A DNA stretch of 64,000 nt from the NCBI GenBank assembly GCA_031552405.1, contig JAVBMN010000020.1, positions 12,860 to 76,859 of the forward strand, given 5' to 3'. Below, piece by piece: positions 7,705 to 18,005 of the stretch. Under the pieces are notes generated by a model. The model did no database searches. It was not told the origin of the DNA and saw nothing but the letters and a program-made list of their open reading frames with translations. Numbering within the stretch: the stretch's first letter is position 1; each line of letters opens with the position of its first letter. The position numbers and the translations under genes are program-made. The stretch is from Bacteroidaceae bacterium (lineage in GTDB: Bacteria; Bacteroidota; Bacteroidia; Bacteroidales; Bacteroidaceae).

Positions 7705-9867
7705 ATGCCTTTTTCACTGTATATATCACAATTCTTCTATCGGATACGCCACTGGCTATTTTTCGGTACATTGATAATCACTGCTCTAGTATATTACTTT
7801 AGTCAGTTTCTGTCAAAGGCTTATACTTCCTCTACCAGCATCTATGCTGGTGTTACATCTGCGGTGAGCCTTGACGAATCGCAAATCTCCTACTTCTCTA
7901 TCAACAGTACATTCGACAACTTGATCAACCTGACCAAGGCAAGAGGTACACTTGAGAAAGTGGCGATTAAACTATTGGCACAAAGCTATGTCTGCGGAAA
8001 TCCTTATGAGGATACAGAGCAAATTAAGGCGGTGAATTATCGCGCCTTGATACAAGAAACTCCACAAGAGATTTTAAAGCTCATTGATAAGAAGTCGCAA
8101 AAAAACACTGCAGCCAGACTAACCGCTGCATACAAAAAGAACCGCACAAATTTTGTATATCGTATTGTAAACAGCGACCACCCCTTCTTTAGTTGTAACG
8201 CACTATCCAGAGTAGACTCCAAGCGTTTAGGATCCAGTGACTTGATCGAGATCCAATACACGACCTCTGATCCGGGTTTGGCCGAAAGTACCGTTCGTTT
8301 TATCAGTGAAGAACTATTATCTGCATACGAGGACTTGCGCTTTTCTGCTGCAAATGACGTAGTAGCCTACTTTGAACGCGAGCTGAAAAAGATCAAGGCC
8401 GACTTAGCGCAACAGGAAGAATCACTCATTGCCTTTAACAAAGCGAATGATGTAATCAACTACTTTGAGCAAACCAAGGCGTTAGCTATTCACTATACTG
8501 ACTTTCATGCCAGATATGAAGAAACAATGGAAAAGCTCCATTCCAGTGACGTAGCTTTGAACGACTTGAAGAAAACAATGGACATACGTAACAACCTGCT
8601 TCAAACAAACGTGGATTTCTTGGCCAAACTGGATGAGGTAGCGAAGTTAACAGAGAGTATACTCCAAAAAGAAATATTCAGCTCCACTGATGCGCAGCTC
8701 CGGGATGAGGCACTGATAAGTGACCGAAAAAAGCGGGATGAGCTTGAAAGATACATCAGTTCACTGTCCGACAACATCGACGTATACACCTACAGCAAAG
8801 AAGGTATTAACATTAGTGAAATGGCTCTCAGATGGCTCGACGAATTAATCATAAATGCGAAAGCCAAAGCCCAGCTTAAAGTAATGGACGGCTGGAAGAG
8901 CAATCTGAAACGTCAGTATCAAGAGTTCTCACCAGTAGGTACGCTGCTTGCCCGTTTTGAACGCGGTATTGGTATCACAGAAGAGCAGTTGAAGCTGATC
9001 TTGCACGGTTTGCATCTCGCAAAACTGAAACAAAAGAGCATTCAAATGAGTACTGCTACTCTGAAAATCGTTACAGATCCTACGTATCCTTTCTCCGGTA
9101 GCAATAACAGATGGCTCTACATAGCCGCTGCCTTCCTTGGAAGTTTGATCTTCATTACCGGTATATTCCTAATCATCGAGCTGCTAGACCGTACACTACG
9201 CGATGAATTACGTACTTCAAGGCTAACAAAAACGCCGGTATTGGGTGCTTTTACAGGTCATAACAATATTAAGTTCCGTGGCTATGCAAAGGTGTGTAAC
9301 CGTATTGCAACGTCATACGCCACCAACCGGTTGAATCCTTATTTGAAGCCGGGTGAGACCTGCATTATCAACCTGCTCAGTTTGCAGAAGGGTGAAGGAA
9401 AGAGCTATTTCTCCTCTTACCTCACTGATCACTGGGAGGACATGGGATTCCAGGTAACTACTGTAAAATGTGGCGAAGACTTTGATCCGAACACCAAAGA
9501 TTATGTATTGGCACAAAAGCTTAATGAGATCTGGAAACCTACCAGCAAAACAAAGCCTAACATTGTACTGGTTGAGTACCCTGAGATGTCTACAGGAAGC
9601 ACACCGCTTTCTCTGTTGAAAGAAGCTCAAATAAATCTGTTGATTTGTAACGCCTGCCGTTTGTGGCAACGTAGCGACGATATTCTTTTGTCCCAGATTA
9701 AGAAAGAAATGGGTGAAGATGTACCTATGTATATCTATTTGAATAATGCGGATCGTTATGTAGTTGAGAACTTTACCGGCGACTTGCCTCCTCAATTACC
9801 TATCCACTCATTCATAAAGAGCCTGTTCTCACTCGGATTTACATCCAAGAAGGCTTCGGTGAAATAA
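7705..9867 (+). CDS. Polysaccharide co-polymerase (Wzz/GumC-like) fused to a degenerate BY-kinase-like P-loop domain
   Basis: 720 aa. It has an N-terminal TM, a long coiled-coil periplasmic region and a second TM (WLYIAAAFLGSLIFITGIFLIIELL). The cytoplasmic domain follows, with LQKGEGKSYF (Walker A-like) but no C-terminal tyrosine cluster. Confidence 0.65.
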   Translation: MPFSLYISQFFYRIRHWLFFGTLIITALVYYFSQFLSKAYTSSTSIYAGVTSAVSLDESQISYFSINSTFDNLINLTKARGTLEKVAIKLLAQSYVCGNPYEDTEQIKAVNYRALIQETPQEILKLIDKKSQKNTAARLTAAYKKNRTNFVYRIVNSDHPFFSCNALSRVDSKRLGSSDLIEIQYTTSDPGLAESTVRFISEELLSAYEDLRFSAANDVVAYFERELKKIKADLAQQEESLIAFNKANDVINYFEQTKALAIHYTDFHARYEETMEKLHSSDVALNDLKKTMDIRNNLLQTNVDFLAKLDEVAKLTESILQKEIFSSTDAQLRDEALISDRKKRDELERYISSLSDNIDVYTYSKEGINISEMALRWLDELIINAKAKAQLKVMDGWKSNLKRQYQEFSPVGTLLARFERGIGITEEQLKLILHGLHLAKLKQKSIQMSTATLKIVTDPTYPFSGSNNRWLYIAAAFLGSLIFITGIFLIIELLDRTLRDELRTSRLTKTPVLGAFTGHNNIKFRGYAKVCNRIATSYATNRLNPYLKPGETCIINLLSLQKGEGKSYFSSYLTDHWEDMGFQVTTVKCGEDFDPNTKDYVLAQKLNEIWKPTSKTKPNIVLVEYPEMSTGSTPLSLLKEAQINLLICNACRLWQRSDDILLSQIKKEMGEDVPMYIYLNNADRYVVENFTGDLPPQLPIHSFIKSLFSLGFTSKKASVK

Positions 9868-9913
9868 TGTAAGTGTATTATCCAGAAGATAATCTACAAA
9901 ATATAAGCAAGAT

Positions 9914-11389
9914 ATGAACAATGTTCAATCCCGCTCCTCAATGGGGCCGCAAAACCTGATTTATGCTACGATCTGCCTTGGGCTGGTCGGCATACTTTAT
10001 GCGGCTATCAACCAGCGGATGCCAATGCTCTTCGCTATGGGAGCATTGCCATTCTTGCTCATAGGGTTTGCTTATACATTCAAAAGTCCGCTATTTTGTT
10101 TCCTGGTATTCTTTACCGGAAACTATTTCATCATGACTCTGTTCCGATACAGTGGAATGAGCGGATTGAGCTTTCTTATTGACATCGCAATCGTATTAAC
10201 CCTGATTGTTGCACTCATTCATACAGCTCTTTTTCACAATATCCCTTGGAAAAGAGTTATGAACCCGGTCACATTTGGTGCGTTAGTATGGATGATCTAC
10301 ACATTCCTTGAGGTGTTGAACCCCAACTCTATGTTTTCGGCGTGGGTGGCATCCCGACAAATGATTTATGGATGTTTGGCTGTGGTTATCATGTCATGTA
10401 TTGTATATACAAAGAAGTCCTATATACAGACTACTCTGCTATTACTTGCTTTTTTCACGCTGATCTCTGCATTCAAAGCAATCTGGCAGAAACACGTAGG
10501 TTTTGACCCTATTGAATCAAGGTGGCTGTACGAAGAAGGAGGCGCGGTAACACATATCATATTCTCCGGTATACGCTACTTCTCCATCTTTACGGATGCC
10601 AGTAATTTTGGCTCTAACATGGGGTTCACCACGCTGATTTTCTTCATCATGCCTTTCTATATTAAGAACCCTCTTATAAAAGGCTTCTATATATTCGTTG
10701 CTGCACTGTCGTGTTACGGAATGTTTATCTCAGGAACTCGAGGAGCAATTGTAGTACCCCTTGCCGGATTGGCCTATTTTTGCCTGTTGGGCAAGAACTT
10801 CAAGGCTTTCTCGGCTTCAGTGGTTCTCTTTTTATTCCTCTTTTGTTTCTTCGCATTTACTACACTTGGCGAAAGTAACAACTACATCCGCCGAATGCGT
10901 ACGGCGTTTACACCCAGTGAAGATGCTTCTTTCAACGTTCGTAAAGAAAACCAGAATCTGATTCGCTCTTATATGCATAATAAACCTTTTGGTGTAGGAC
11001 TCGGATTAGGAGGTGTAGAAGCACAGCGATTCGGAGAAACCTATATCAGTACTATCCCTGTAGACTCCTGGTATATTAAGCTCTGGGTAGAAACCGGATG
11101 GATTGGTTTGACACTTTACCTCTTGATTGTATTATCGGCAATCTTCTGGGGTAGTTACAACATTATGTTCCGAATAAAAGACCCTACGCTACGCGGTACA
11201 ATGGCCGCACTTGCAAGCGGGTGTTTCGGACTGCTGGTGAGTGCATATGGTAACTCCTTCTTCGGACAGTTCCCTACTCACTTCATTGTGTTTACCGCAT
11301 TAGGCCTTATGGCCATTGCTCCTCATATTGAAAGAGATGAGGAGGACGAAAATAACATCTACAGTAAAAAACAAGATTTAATAGAATAG
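9914..11389 (+). CDS. O-antigen ligase / Wzy-like polytopic membrane polymerase
   Basis: 491 aa with roughly 10-12 predicted TM helices and a large loop containing SGTRGA, typical of the O-antigen ligase/Wzy family. Confidence 0.6.
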   Translation: MNNVQSRSSMGPQNLIYATICLGLVGILYAAINQRMPMLFAMGALPFLLIGFAYTFKSPLFCFLVFFTGNYFIMTLFRYSGMSGLSFLIDIAIVLTLIVALIHTALFHNIPWKRVMNPVTFGALVWMIYTFLEVLNPNSMFSAWVASRQMIYGCLAVVIMSCIVYTKKSYIQTTLLLLAFFTLISAFKAIWQKHVGFDPIESRWLYEEGGAVTHIIFSGIRYFSIFTDASNFGSNMGFTTLIFFIMPFYIKNPLIKGFYIFVAALSCYGMFISGTRGAIVVPLAGLAYFCLLGKNFKAFSASVVLFLFLFCFFAFTTLGESNNYIRRMRTAFTPSEDASFNVRKENQNLIRSYMHNKPFGVGLGLGGVEAQRFGETYISTIPVDSWYIKLWVETGWIGLTLYLLIVLSAIFWGSYNIMFRIKDPTLRGTMAALASGCFGLLVSAYGNSFFGQFPTHFIVFTALGLMAIAPHIERDEEDENNIYSKKQDLIE

Positions 11390-11393
11390 AATT

Positions 11394-12509
11394 ATGAATA
11401 TAGCTCCTTTTTTTAGTGCACCCTGGTGGGATGTGAATAAAGACAATGTGCTGCATGTGGCAGATGCAATTATCTATTTACTCTTCCTTATTTCTGTGTT
11501 GTACCTGCTCTTTTTCGCTTTGATCTCATTGACAAAGTGGAAACAAAGATATGATACAGCCAAGAAGAAACATAAGTTTATTATATTCTTCCTGGCTCGC
11601 CCAAATGAAGACAGGAGTATTTTAGAGTCTGTTCTTGACTTACAAAATCAAGACTATCCCGAAGATAAATACGATATCGTTGTAGGATACTCTGACTTAA
11701 GAGATAGCACAATTGATGAGTTGCACGATGCAGGAATAGAGACCTATCAACTGGACAACAGCTATGACAGCGGAAGCAGTCTGAAAAAGATCATGTCTGT
11801 ATTGCCTGAAAGAGCATACGATATGATTGTATTGTTTGACGCAAATAATATTGTGACCAATGACTTCCTGACAAGAATGAATGAAGCTTACTATTCAGGA
11901 TGTATGGCCATACAGTCACATCGTGTTCCCATGGAGATACATTCCATCTTTGGCCGTTTAGGTTCTGTCAGCGAAGAAATCAACAATTCGATCTTCCGCA
12001 AAGGACATATTCAGGTGGGATTCTCTGCTGCTCTCAACAGCTCGGGCATTGTGATTGATTACGACTGGATGAAAGAAAACGCCGATTCATTAAAACGAAA
12101 TGATGTTGTAAAGCAGCTTGAAACAGGCCTTCTCAAACAGAACATCTACATTGATTATATGAACGATGTCTATACTTTCATTACCGAAAGCCAAGCATCG
12201 GGAGGTAAGTTCCAGAAGCAGCACAGCAAATGGCAAAGGGAAACACTTGTCAATGTATTCAGAGAATTACCTCGTTTCATTTTATTCATACTCCAGGGTA
12301 ACTGGGACTATTGCAATAAGATTTTCCAATGGCTGCTTCCCTCGCGTGTAAACCTGACTCTTCTTATAGGCCTTTTTGCTTGTATTACATTTGTGTACGA
12401 CTGGAGTATTTCTATTAAATGGTTTATCCTGCTTATTCTTCTGTTTGTAGTATATGCAGTGGCAGCTCCGGATAAGATCATCAGTAAAAAGAATTATCAG
12501 AAAGCATAA
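11394..12509 (+). CDS. Membrane-anchored family 2 glycosyltransferase
   Basis: 371 aa with an N-terminal TM and a GT-A core (FIIFFLARPNED...QDYPEDKYDIVVG...VLFDANN). C-terminal TM helices are also present, an architecture reminiscent of synthase-type GT2 enzymes. Confidence 0.7.
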   Translation: MNIAPFFSAPWWDVNKDNVLHVADAIIYLLFLISVLYLLFFALISLTKWKQRYDTAKKKHKFIIFFLARPNEDRSILESVLDLQNQDYPEDKYDIVVGYSDLRDSTIDELHDAGIETYQLDNSYDSGSSLKKIMSVLPERAYDMIVLFDANNIVTNDFLTRMNEAYYSGCMAIQSHRVPMEIHSIFGRLGSVSEEINNSIFRKGHIQVGFSAALNSSGIVIDYDWMKENADSLKRNDVVKQLETGLLKQNIYIDYMNDVYTFITESQASGGKFQKQHSKWQRETLVNVFRELPRFILFILQGNWDYCNKIFQWLLPSRVNLTLLIGLFACITFVYDWSISIKWFILLILLFVVYAVAAPDKIISKKNYQKA

Positions 12510-12518
12510 CATATAGCT

Positions 12519-13694
12519 ATGCAAGGGAGAGACTTCATCTTTACCAGTCTCCAATCATGGGATGTTTCCATCGGAGCAAATGTGAAAGAGATCGCCTCTG
12601 AGATCTCTAAGCATAACCGGGTATTATTCATAAATTCCCCGCTGGACACTTTGTCATATCGTGGGAAGGAAGACAAGCCTGAAACAATCCACCGGAGAGA
12701 GGTAGTCCAAAAGAAACGGCCTGCCTTACGCCAGATCAATCCTAACTTTTGGGCATTGGACCCCCCTTTTACGGTACTCCCTGTACAGTTCTTGCCTGAC
12801 GGAATCTGCTTTGATGCCGTAAATAGGCTAAACAATTTCGGAATCTATTCGTATGCCAAGAAAGTTATCAAACAACTTGGCTTTGAAAATCCTATATTGT
12901 TTATTGACAATGACATCTACCGAAGCTTCTATGCCAAGGAAATGCTAAAACCGGCTTTCACGATATTCTATATCCGGGACAATCTGGTTAGTGCATATTG
13001 GAAACGTCACGTACCCCGTTTATGCCCCAAAATCTGCAAAAAGGCGGATGTGGTTTTGACCAACTCAGAATATTATGAAGATCTGTTTCGTCCTCATAAC
13101 CCTCAGATACACTACATAGGCCAAGGAGTAAATCTGAGCCAGTACAATATCCGGGAAACGCGGACGATACCCAGCGATCTGAATGGTATACCCTACCCCA
13201 TCATAGGATATACGGGACTTATCACTTCACTTCGTTTGGATGCTGATCTGTTACATTCCGTAGCAAAGGCTCGTCCCAACTACTCTTTTGTGATGGTGGG
13301 AAAAGAAGACGAACAGTTTGCTTCCCACGCCATCCATAAACTTCCTAATGTATTCTTTCTGGGCGAGAAACCATATCGTGAGATATCCTCATACATCAGC
13401 GCTTTTGATGTATGTATCAACCCTCAGCTTATCAACTCTGTAACAAACGGGAATTATCCGCTTAAGATTGACGAGTACCTTGCCCTTGGCAAACCGGCTG
13501 TAGCCACGCGAACAGACTTCATGAAGTTGTTTGCGGATACAGTATGGACGTGCATAGGAGCAGATGAATACGCAGCCGCTATCGACCAGGCGCTAACTGA
13601 GAATTCAAGTGAAACCATCAGCAAGCGAGTTGCAATGGCTGAGTCACATTCATGGGAACAATGTGTGAAGCGTATTTATTCTTACATTCCTTAA
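12519..13694 (+). CDS. Family 1 (GT4-type, GT-B fold) glycosyltransferase
   Basis: 391 aa. The C-terminal half (IIGYTGLITSLRLD...FVMVGKED...NPQLINSVTNGNYPLKIDEYLALGKPAV) fits the glycosyl transferase group 1 pattern. Confidence 0.75.
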   Translation: MQGRDFIFTSLQSWDVSIGANVKEIASEISKHNRVLFINSPLDTLSYRGKEDKPETIHRREVVQKKRPALRQINPNFWALDPPFTVLPVQFLPDGICFDAVNRLNNFGIYSYAKKVIKQLGFENPILFIDNDIYRSFYAKEMLKPAFTIFYIRDNLVSAYWKRHVPRLCPKICKKADVVLTNSEYYEDLFRPHNPQIHYIGQGVNLSQYNIRETRTIPSDLNGIPYPIIGYTGLITSLRLDADLLHSVAKARPNYSFVMVGKEDEQFASHAIHKLPNVFFLGEKPYREISSYISAFDVCINPQLINSVTNGNYPLKIDEYLALGKPAVATRTDFMKLFADTVWTCIGADEYAAAIDQALTENSSETISKRVAMAESHSWEQCVKRIYSYIP

Positions 13695-13699
13695 GAAGT

Positions 13700-14326
13700 A
13701 TGCAATTAGAACAGTTAAAACAATCCATCAAGCAGAATCAGAAGCTAAAAGACTTTGTCTTATTTTTGATCTCACCCAAGCGCAATCCCAAGCCGCGAAT
13801 ATGGGTTAAATGGTTTGTGAACCCGTTTGTGCATAAGCGGGGAAAAGGAACTGTAATCCGTTCATGGCGTTCCAGAATCGATGTATTTCCCTGGCATCGG
13901 TTTGATGTGGGGAATTATGTAACTATAGAAGACTTTACCGTAGTTAACAATGGAGCGGGTGACGTTATTCTGGGCGACAATGTAAGAATCGGGATAGGCT
14001 CTTCCGTCTTAGGTCCGGTTGTTATCAAATCCGGTTGCGGACTGGGCCAACATGCATTTGTTTCAGGCTTCAATCATCGTTTTGAAGATGGAAAACGCAA
14101 CTCTTCCGAACAAGATTTGGAACGAAGACCTACCGTTATTGACGAAGATACCCACATCGGCTCCAATGCTGTGGTAGTAGCAGGTGTACATATAGGTAAA
14201 CGTTGCCAGATAGGCTCAGGAAGTGTAGTTACCAAAGACATTCCCGATTATTCTGTAGCAGTGGGGAATCCAGCCAAAGTAATTAAACGATTTGATTTCG
14301 AAAAAGACGAGTGGGTAAAGGCCTGA
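13700..14326 (+). CDS. Left-handed beta-helix (hexapeptide repeat) acyl/acetyltransferase
   Basis: Hexapeptide repeats are present (GDNVRIGIGSSVLGPVVI, IGSNAVVVAGVHIGKRCQIGSGSVVTKDIPDYSVAVGNPAK). Start trimmed to ATG 13700, just after the upstream stop at 13694. Confidence 0.75.
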   Translation: MQLEQLKQSIKQNQKLKDFVLFLISPKRNPKPRIWVKWFVNPFVHKRGKGTVIRSWRSRIDVFPWHRFDVGNYVTIEDFTVVNNGAGDVILGDNVRIGIGSSVLGPVVIKSGCGLGQHAFVSGFNHRFEDGKRNSSEQDLERRPTVIDEDTHIGSNAVVVAGVHIGKRCQIGSGSVVTKDIPDYSVAVGNPAKVIKRFDFEKDEWVKA

Positions 14327-14407
14327 AATGCATTTATCGATATCTTGGAATTAAAACTAAATAAGCATAGTATTACAATAGTATATAAACAATCCATAGA
14401 ATAGCGT

Positions 14408-15712
14408 ATGAACAGATATATTACACATCTTTTATTGTCATGCTTTACATTAGCGTTCACGCTATCATCCTGTGTAGAGAGCCCTACATATATTAATAGC
14501 TCGGGCAGATCGTACGCCGGAGGTAATGACAATAACAACTCCGATAACGGCGGAGGCTCTTCACAAGACCCTGTGGACAAGGGGGAATCATTCGATCTTC
14601 GCAAAAAGACCACCCTGACTATTCAAGTTTCAGGAGGAAGCAGCTCTGAAAGAGGGGAAGTTCCTTTCCTTATTTTTGGTGAAAATCCTTTTAATTCAAG
14701 CGTACAACGCATTGAAAGCATACAGCCCATAGGTGGAGGATATACTGATGCCAACGGCAAGCTAACCACTGCCGTCTACCCCAATCCGGAGATGAGCAAG
14801 CTCTATATAGTTCCCTCCAACGGAAAATATGGAGCCATGCAGGAAGTAGATATAAAAGACCAGTCTTTGACTTTCACACTAAGCGACAATGCCGCCATGG
14901 CATTATCAGAACCCGTTAGCGAAAACTATTACGGGACACTTGCCTACGAAGACTTATGGCCTTGGAATGCGGATTTCGATTTTAATGACTGGGTGGCCAG
15001 TTACTCATACACTCTTATAAAAAACACAGAGAATAAGGTTTGCTCAGTCCATATCCATATAGACCCCTTGGCTTGTGGTACAGGTTTTAGCAATGGGTTC
15101 GGCATTGAACTCCCTGTGCTTGTGTCAAACGTACAAGAGATAAAAGGTGCGAGTGCTGAAGGTGGATGTAGCAAACTCACCATGATCCTCTTCGACAAGA
15201 CTAATGAGCTCTTTGTCTATAGCAAGACGGGGGTAGCTTCAAAAACCGGTTTTGCCAACGTATATTCCGGCCTGTCTTTCCACTCCACACGTGAAGCCGA
15301 TATCCAGATAACGCTCAAACAAGCTGCCAGTTTCTCCATTGAAGAAATCAACCCCTTTATCTACTGTAACCAGATCCGCACCAAAGAAGTGCACCTGGTA
15401 AACAAGGCTCCTACGCAGATGGTTGATATCCGTACACTCGGAATGGGAAATGACTATTCAGTACCCGCATCCGGGCTATACTACAAAAACAAGAAGTACA
15501 TCTACCCTTGGGCATTTGATATTCCCCGTATGAGAAAAGACAGTCCCAACTGGCGCCATCCTATTGAAAAGTCCGATCTGGAGCTACAATATGTATATCC
15601 GGATGTTGCAAAATGGCTTGCCAACCAGGATGAATACCGGACATGGTACGACTCCAATCACAGCAATGTAAGTACTTCGCTCCTGTTTGATCCTACCCTT
15701 ATCACGGATTAA
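14408..15712 (+). CDS. LruC-domain (DUF4842) lipoprotein
   Basis: Lipobox-like signal (LAFTLSSC). The motif LAYEDLWPWNADFDFNDWV matches the LruC/DUF4842 signature. Confidence 0.65.
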   Translation: MNRYITHLLLSCFTLAFTLSSCVESPTYINSSGRSYAGGNDNNNSDNGGGSSQDPVDKGESFDLRKKTTLTIQVSGGSSSERGEVPFLIFGENPFNSSVQRIESIQPIGGGYTDANGKLTTAVYPNPEMSKLYIVPSNGKYGAMQEVDIKDQSLTFTLSDNAAMALSEPVSENYYGTLAYEDLWPWNADFDFNDWVASYSYTLIKNTENKVCSVHIHIDPLACGTGFSNGFGIELPVLVSNVQEIKGASAEGGCSKLTMILFDKTNELFVYSKTGVASKTGFANVYSGLSFHSTREADIQITLKQAASFSIEEINPFIYCNQIRTKEVHLVNKAPTQMVDIRTLGMGNDYSVPASGLYYKNKKYIYPWAFDIPRMRKDSPNWRHPIEKSDLELQYVYPDVAKWLANQDEYRTWYDSNHSNVSTSLLFDPTLITD

Positions 15713-15746
15713 AGCGCTGTCCAGCCCATTTTCTGCCGTTTCTTCG

Positions 15747-15754
15747 TATCTTTG
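15747..15754 (+). promoter_or_regulatory. -7 box (TATCTTTG) for rlmN
   Basis: TAnnTTTG, 20 nt upstream of ATG 15774. Confidence 0.55.
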
Positions 15755-15773
15755 CGAAAAATAACAGAAACAG

Positions 15774-16796
15774 ATGGAAGAAAAGATTCCACTTTTAGGA
15801 ATGAGGCCTGAAGAGTTCCGGGTAGTGACTACCGAACTGGGCATGCCGGCCTTTACTGCCAAACAGATCGCTGAATGGGTATACGGCAAGAGAGTCAAGA
15901 CGATTGATGAAATGACCAATCTTTCCCTTCGTCACCGTGAGGCCCTGAAAGAACGTTACACTATAGGCTGCTCAGAACCCGTCGAGGCAATGCGGTCAAT
16001 AGACGGTACGGTGAAATACCTGTTTCGTACTGCCGGAGGACATTTCATAGAAAGCGTCTTCATCCCGGACGAAGAACGTGCCACATTGTGCGTATCCTCC
16101 CAGGTGGGTTGCAAGATGAATTGTCGTTTTTGCATGACCGGCAAGCAAGGCTTTACCGCCCATCTCACTCCCGCAGAAATCCTGAACCAGATTTATTCCC
16201 TCCCCGAGGCCGACCAACTCACGAACGTAGTTCTAATGGGTATGGGTGAACCTTTGGACAACCCTGACGCCGTGCTTCGCGCCCTGCATATACTCACCGC
16301 CCCATGGGGGTACGGATGGAGCCCTAAACGTATCACTTTGTCGACCATAGGGCTGCCCCAGCCCTTGGAACGCTTCATCGAAGAAAGCGAATGCCATCTG
16401 GCCGTTAGCCTGCACAGTCCTATTCCTCAACAGCGCGCCTCGCTGATGCCGGTAGAAAAAGCATTTCCCATTCAAGAAGTAGTAAACCTTTTGGCACGGT
16501 ATGACTGGAGTAAGCAGCGAAGACTATCTTTTGAATATATTGTTTTCAAGGGCGTAAATGATTCCCTTCCCTATGCCAAGGAACTGACCCGCCTGCTACG
16601 CGGGTTGGACTGCCGCATTAACCTCATCCGCTTTCATGCTATTCCCGGCGCAGACCTGGAAGGAACCGATATGGAAACTCTTACCCGCTTCCGCGACTAT
16701 CTCACCACACACGGTATCTTCACCACCATCCGTGCTTCGCGGGGTGAGGACATCTTTGCCGCATGCGGTATGCTATCCACGGCCCGGAAAGAATAA
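15774..16796 (+). CDS. rlmN: 23S rRNA/tRNA (adenine-C2)-methyltransferase, radical SAM
   Basis: CVSSQVGCKMNCRFCMTG and the C-terminal GEDIFAACGML are typical of RlmN. Confidence 0.9.
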   Translation: MEEKIPLLGMRPEEFRVVTTELGMPAFTAKQIAEWVYGKRVKTIDEMTNLSLRHREALKERYTIGCSEPVEAMRSIDGTVKYLFRTAGGHFIESVFIPDEERATLCVSSQVGCKMNCRFCMTGKQGFTAHLTPAEILNQIYSLPEADQLTNVVLMGMGEPLDNPDAVLRALHILTAPWGYGWSPKRITLSTIGLPQPLERFIEESECHLAVSLHSPIPQQRASLMPVEKAFPIQEVVNLLARYDWSKQRRLSFEYIVFKGVNDSLPYAKELTRLLRGLDCRINLIRFHAIPGADLEGTDMETLTRFRDYLTTHGIFTTIRASRGEDIFAACGMLSTARKE

Positions 16797-16831
16797 TACG
16801 GCGTAAAATTGTACAGTCCGTAAAAAAGGAG

Positions 16832-16839
16832 TACTTTTG
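16832..16839 (+). promoter_or_regulatory. -7 box (TACTTTTG) for pdxA
   Basis: TAnnTTTG, 37 nt upstream of ATG 16876. Confidence 0.5.
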
Positions 16840-16875
16840 TTCGTTCGTAACACCATCTGATAACAGACTCAAAGA

Positions 16876-17982
16876 ATGGAAGAAAGCAACAAAATACGGG
16901 TGGGCATCACCCAAGGGGATATCAACGGAGTAGGATATGAAGTAATCCTCAAAGCCTTTCAAGACCCCATGATGCTGGAATTATGCATCCCCATAATATA
17001 TGGATCAGCCAAAGTGGCCACCTATCATCGCAAAGCGCTGAATCTGCAAGTCAACTTTGCCACTATCTCCACTGCAGCCGAAGCTTCACTCACAAAGCTC
17101 AACATAGTAAACACCAATAACGAAGAAGAAAAGGTAGAACTGTCCAAGCCCACTCCCGAAGCTGGCGCCGCCGCACTTGAAGCACTCGAGATGGCTGTCA
17201 AAGAAATGAAGGAAGGATTGATTGACGTACTGGTTACCGCACCTATCAACAAGCATACCATACAGACAGATACCTTCCATTTCCCCGGACATACCGAGTA
17301 TCTGGAAGAACGCTTGGGCGAAGGGAAGAAATCCCTCATGATCCTCATGAACGGATCGCTGCGCGTAGCACTTACCACCACCCATATACCTGTATCCGAG
17401 ATCTCTTCCTCCCTATCCAAAGAGCTTATAGTGGAAAAAGTAGCCATTCTTCACCACTCCTTGCAGCATGATTTTGGTTTCCGCAAGCCCCGCATAGCCG
17501 TGCTGGCGCTCAACCCGCATGCCGGAGATAACGGACTCATTGGTCGCGAGGAAGAAGAAATCATCATTCCAGCTATCCAAGAACTTAAAGAAAAGGAGAT
17601 ACAATGCTTCGGCCCTTATCCTGCCGACGGATTCTTCGGGTCAGACAAATATACCCACTTTGACGGCATCTTGGCCATGTATCACGACCAGGGCCTTGCC
17701 CCTTTCAAGGCCATTGCCATGGAAGAGGGAGTAAACTACACCGCCGGACTGCCCATTGTACGCACTTCGCCTGCACACGGTACCGCATACGACATCGCAG
17801 GAAAGGGAGTGGCTTCGCCCGATTCTTTCCGCCAAGCCGTATATAGCGCCATCGATATATTCCGTAACCGCTGTTTTGACGACGCAGCTCACTATTCGCC
17901 CCTTCGCAAGCAATATTACGAACGCCGGGACGACAGTGACAAGCTGAAACTGGACACCGTAGACGAGAATGACACTCTTTAA
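16876..17982 (+). CDS. pdxA: 4-hydroxythreonine-4-phosphate dehydrogenase
   Basis: GDINGVGYEVILKAF, FHFPGHTEYL, LNPHAGDNG and VRTSPAHGTAYDIAGKG are the conserved PdxA blocks. Confidence 0.9.
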   Translation: MEESNKIRVGITQGDINGVGYEVILKAFQDPMMLELCIPIIYGSAKVATYHRKALNLQVNFATISTAAEASLTKLNIVNTNNEEEKVELSKPTPEAGAAALEALEMAVKEMKEGLIDVLVTAPINKHTIQTDTFHFPGHTEYLEERLGEGKKSLMILMNGSLRVALTTTHIPVSEISSSLSKELIVEKVAILHHSLQHDFGFRKPRIAVLALNPHAGDNGLIGREEEEIIIPAIQELKEKEIQCFGPYPADGFFGSDKYTHFDGILAMYHDQGLAPFKAIAMEEGVNYTAGLPIVRTSPAHGTAYDIAGKGVASPDSFRQAVYSAIDIFRNRCFDDAAHYSPLRKQYYERRDDSDKLKLDTVDENDTL

Positions 17983-18005
17983 TTACTAATCACCCGCATA
18001 TACCT

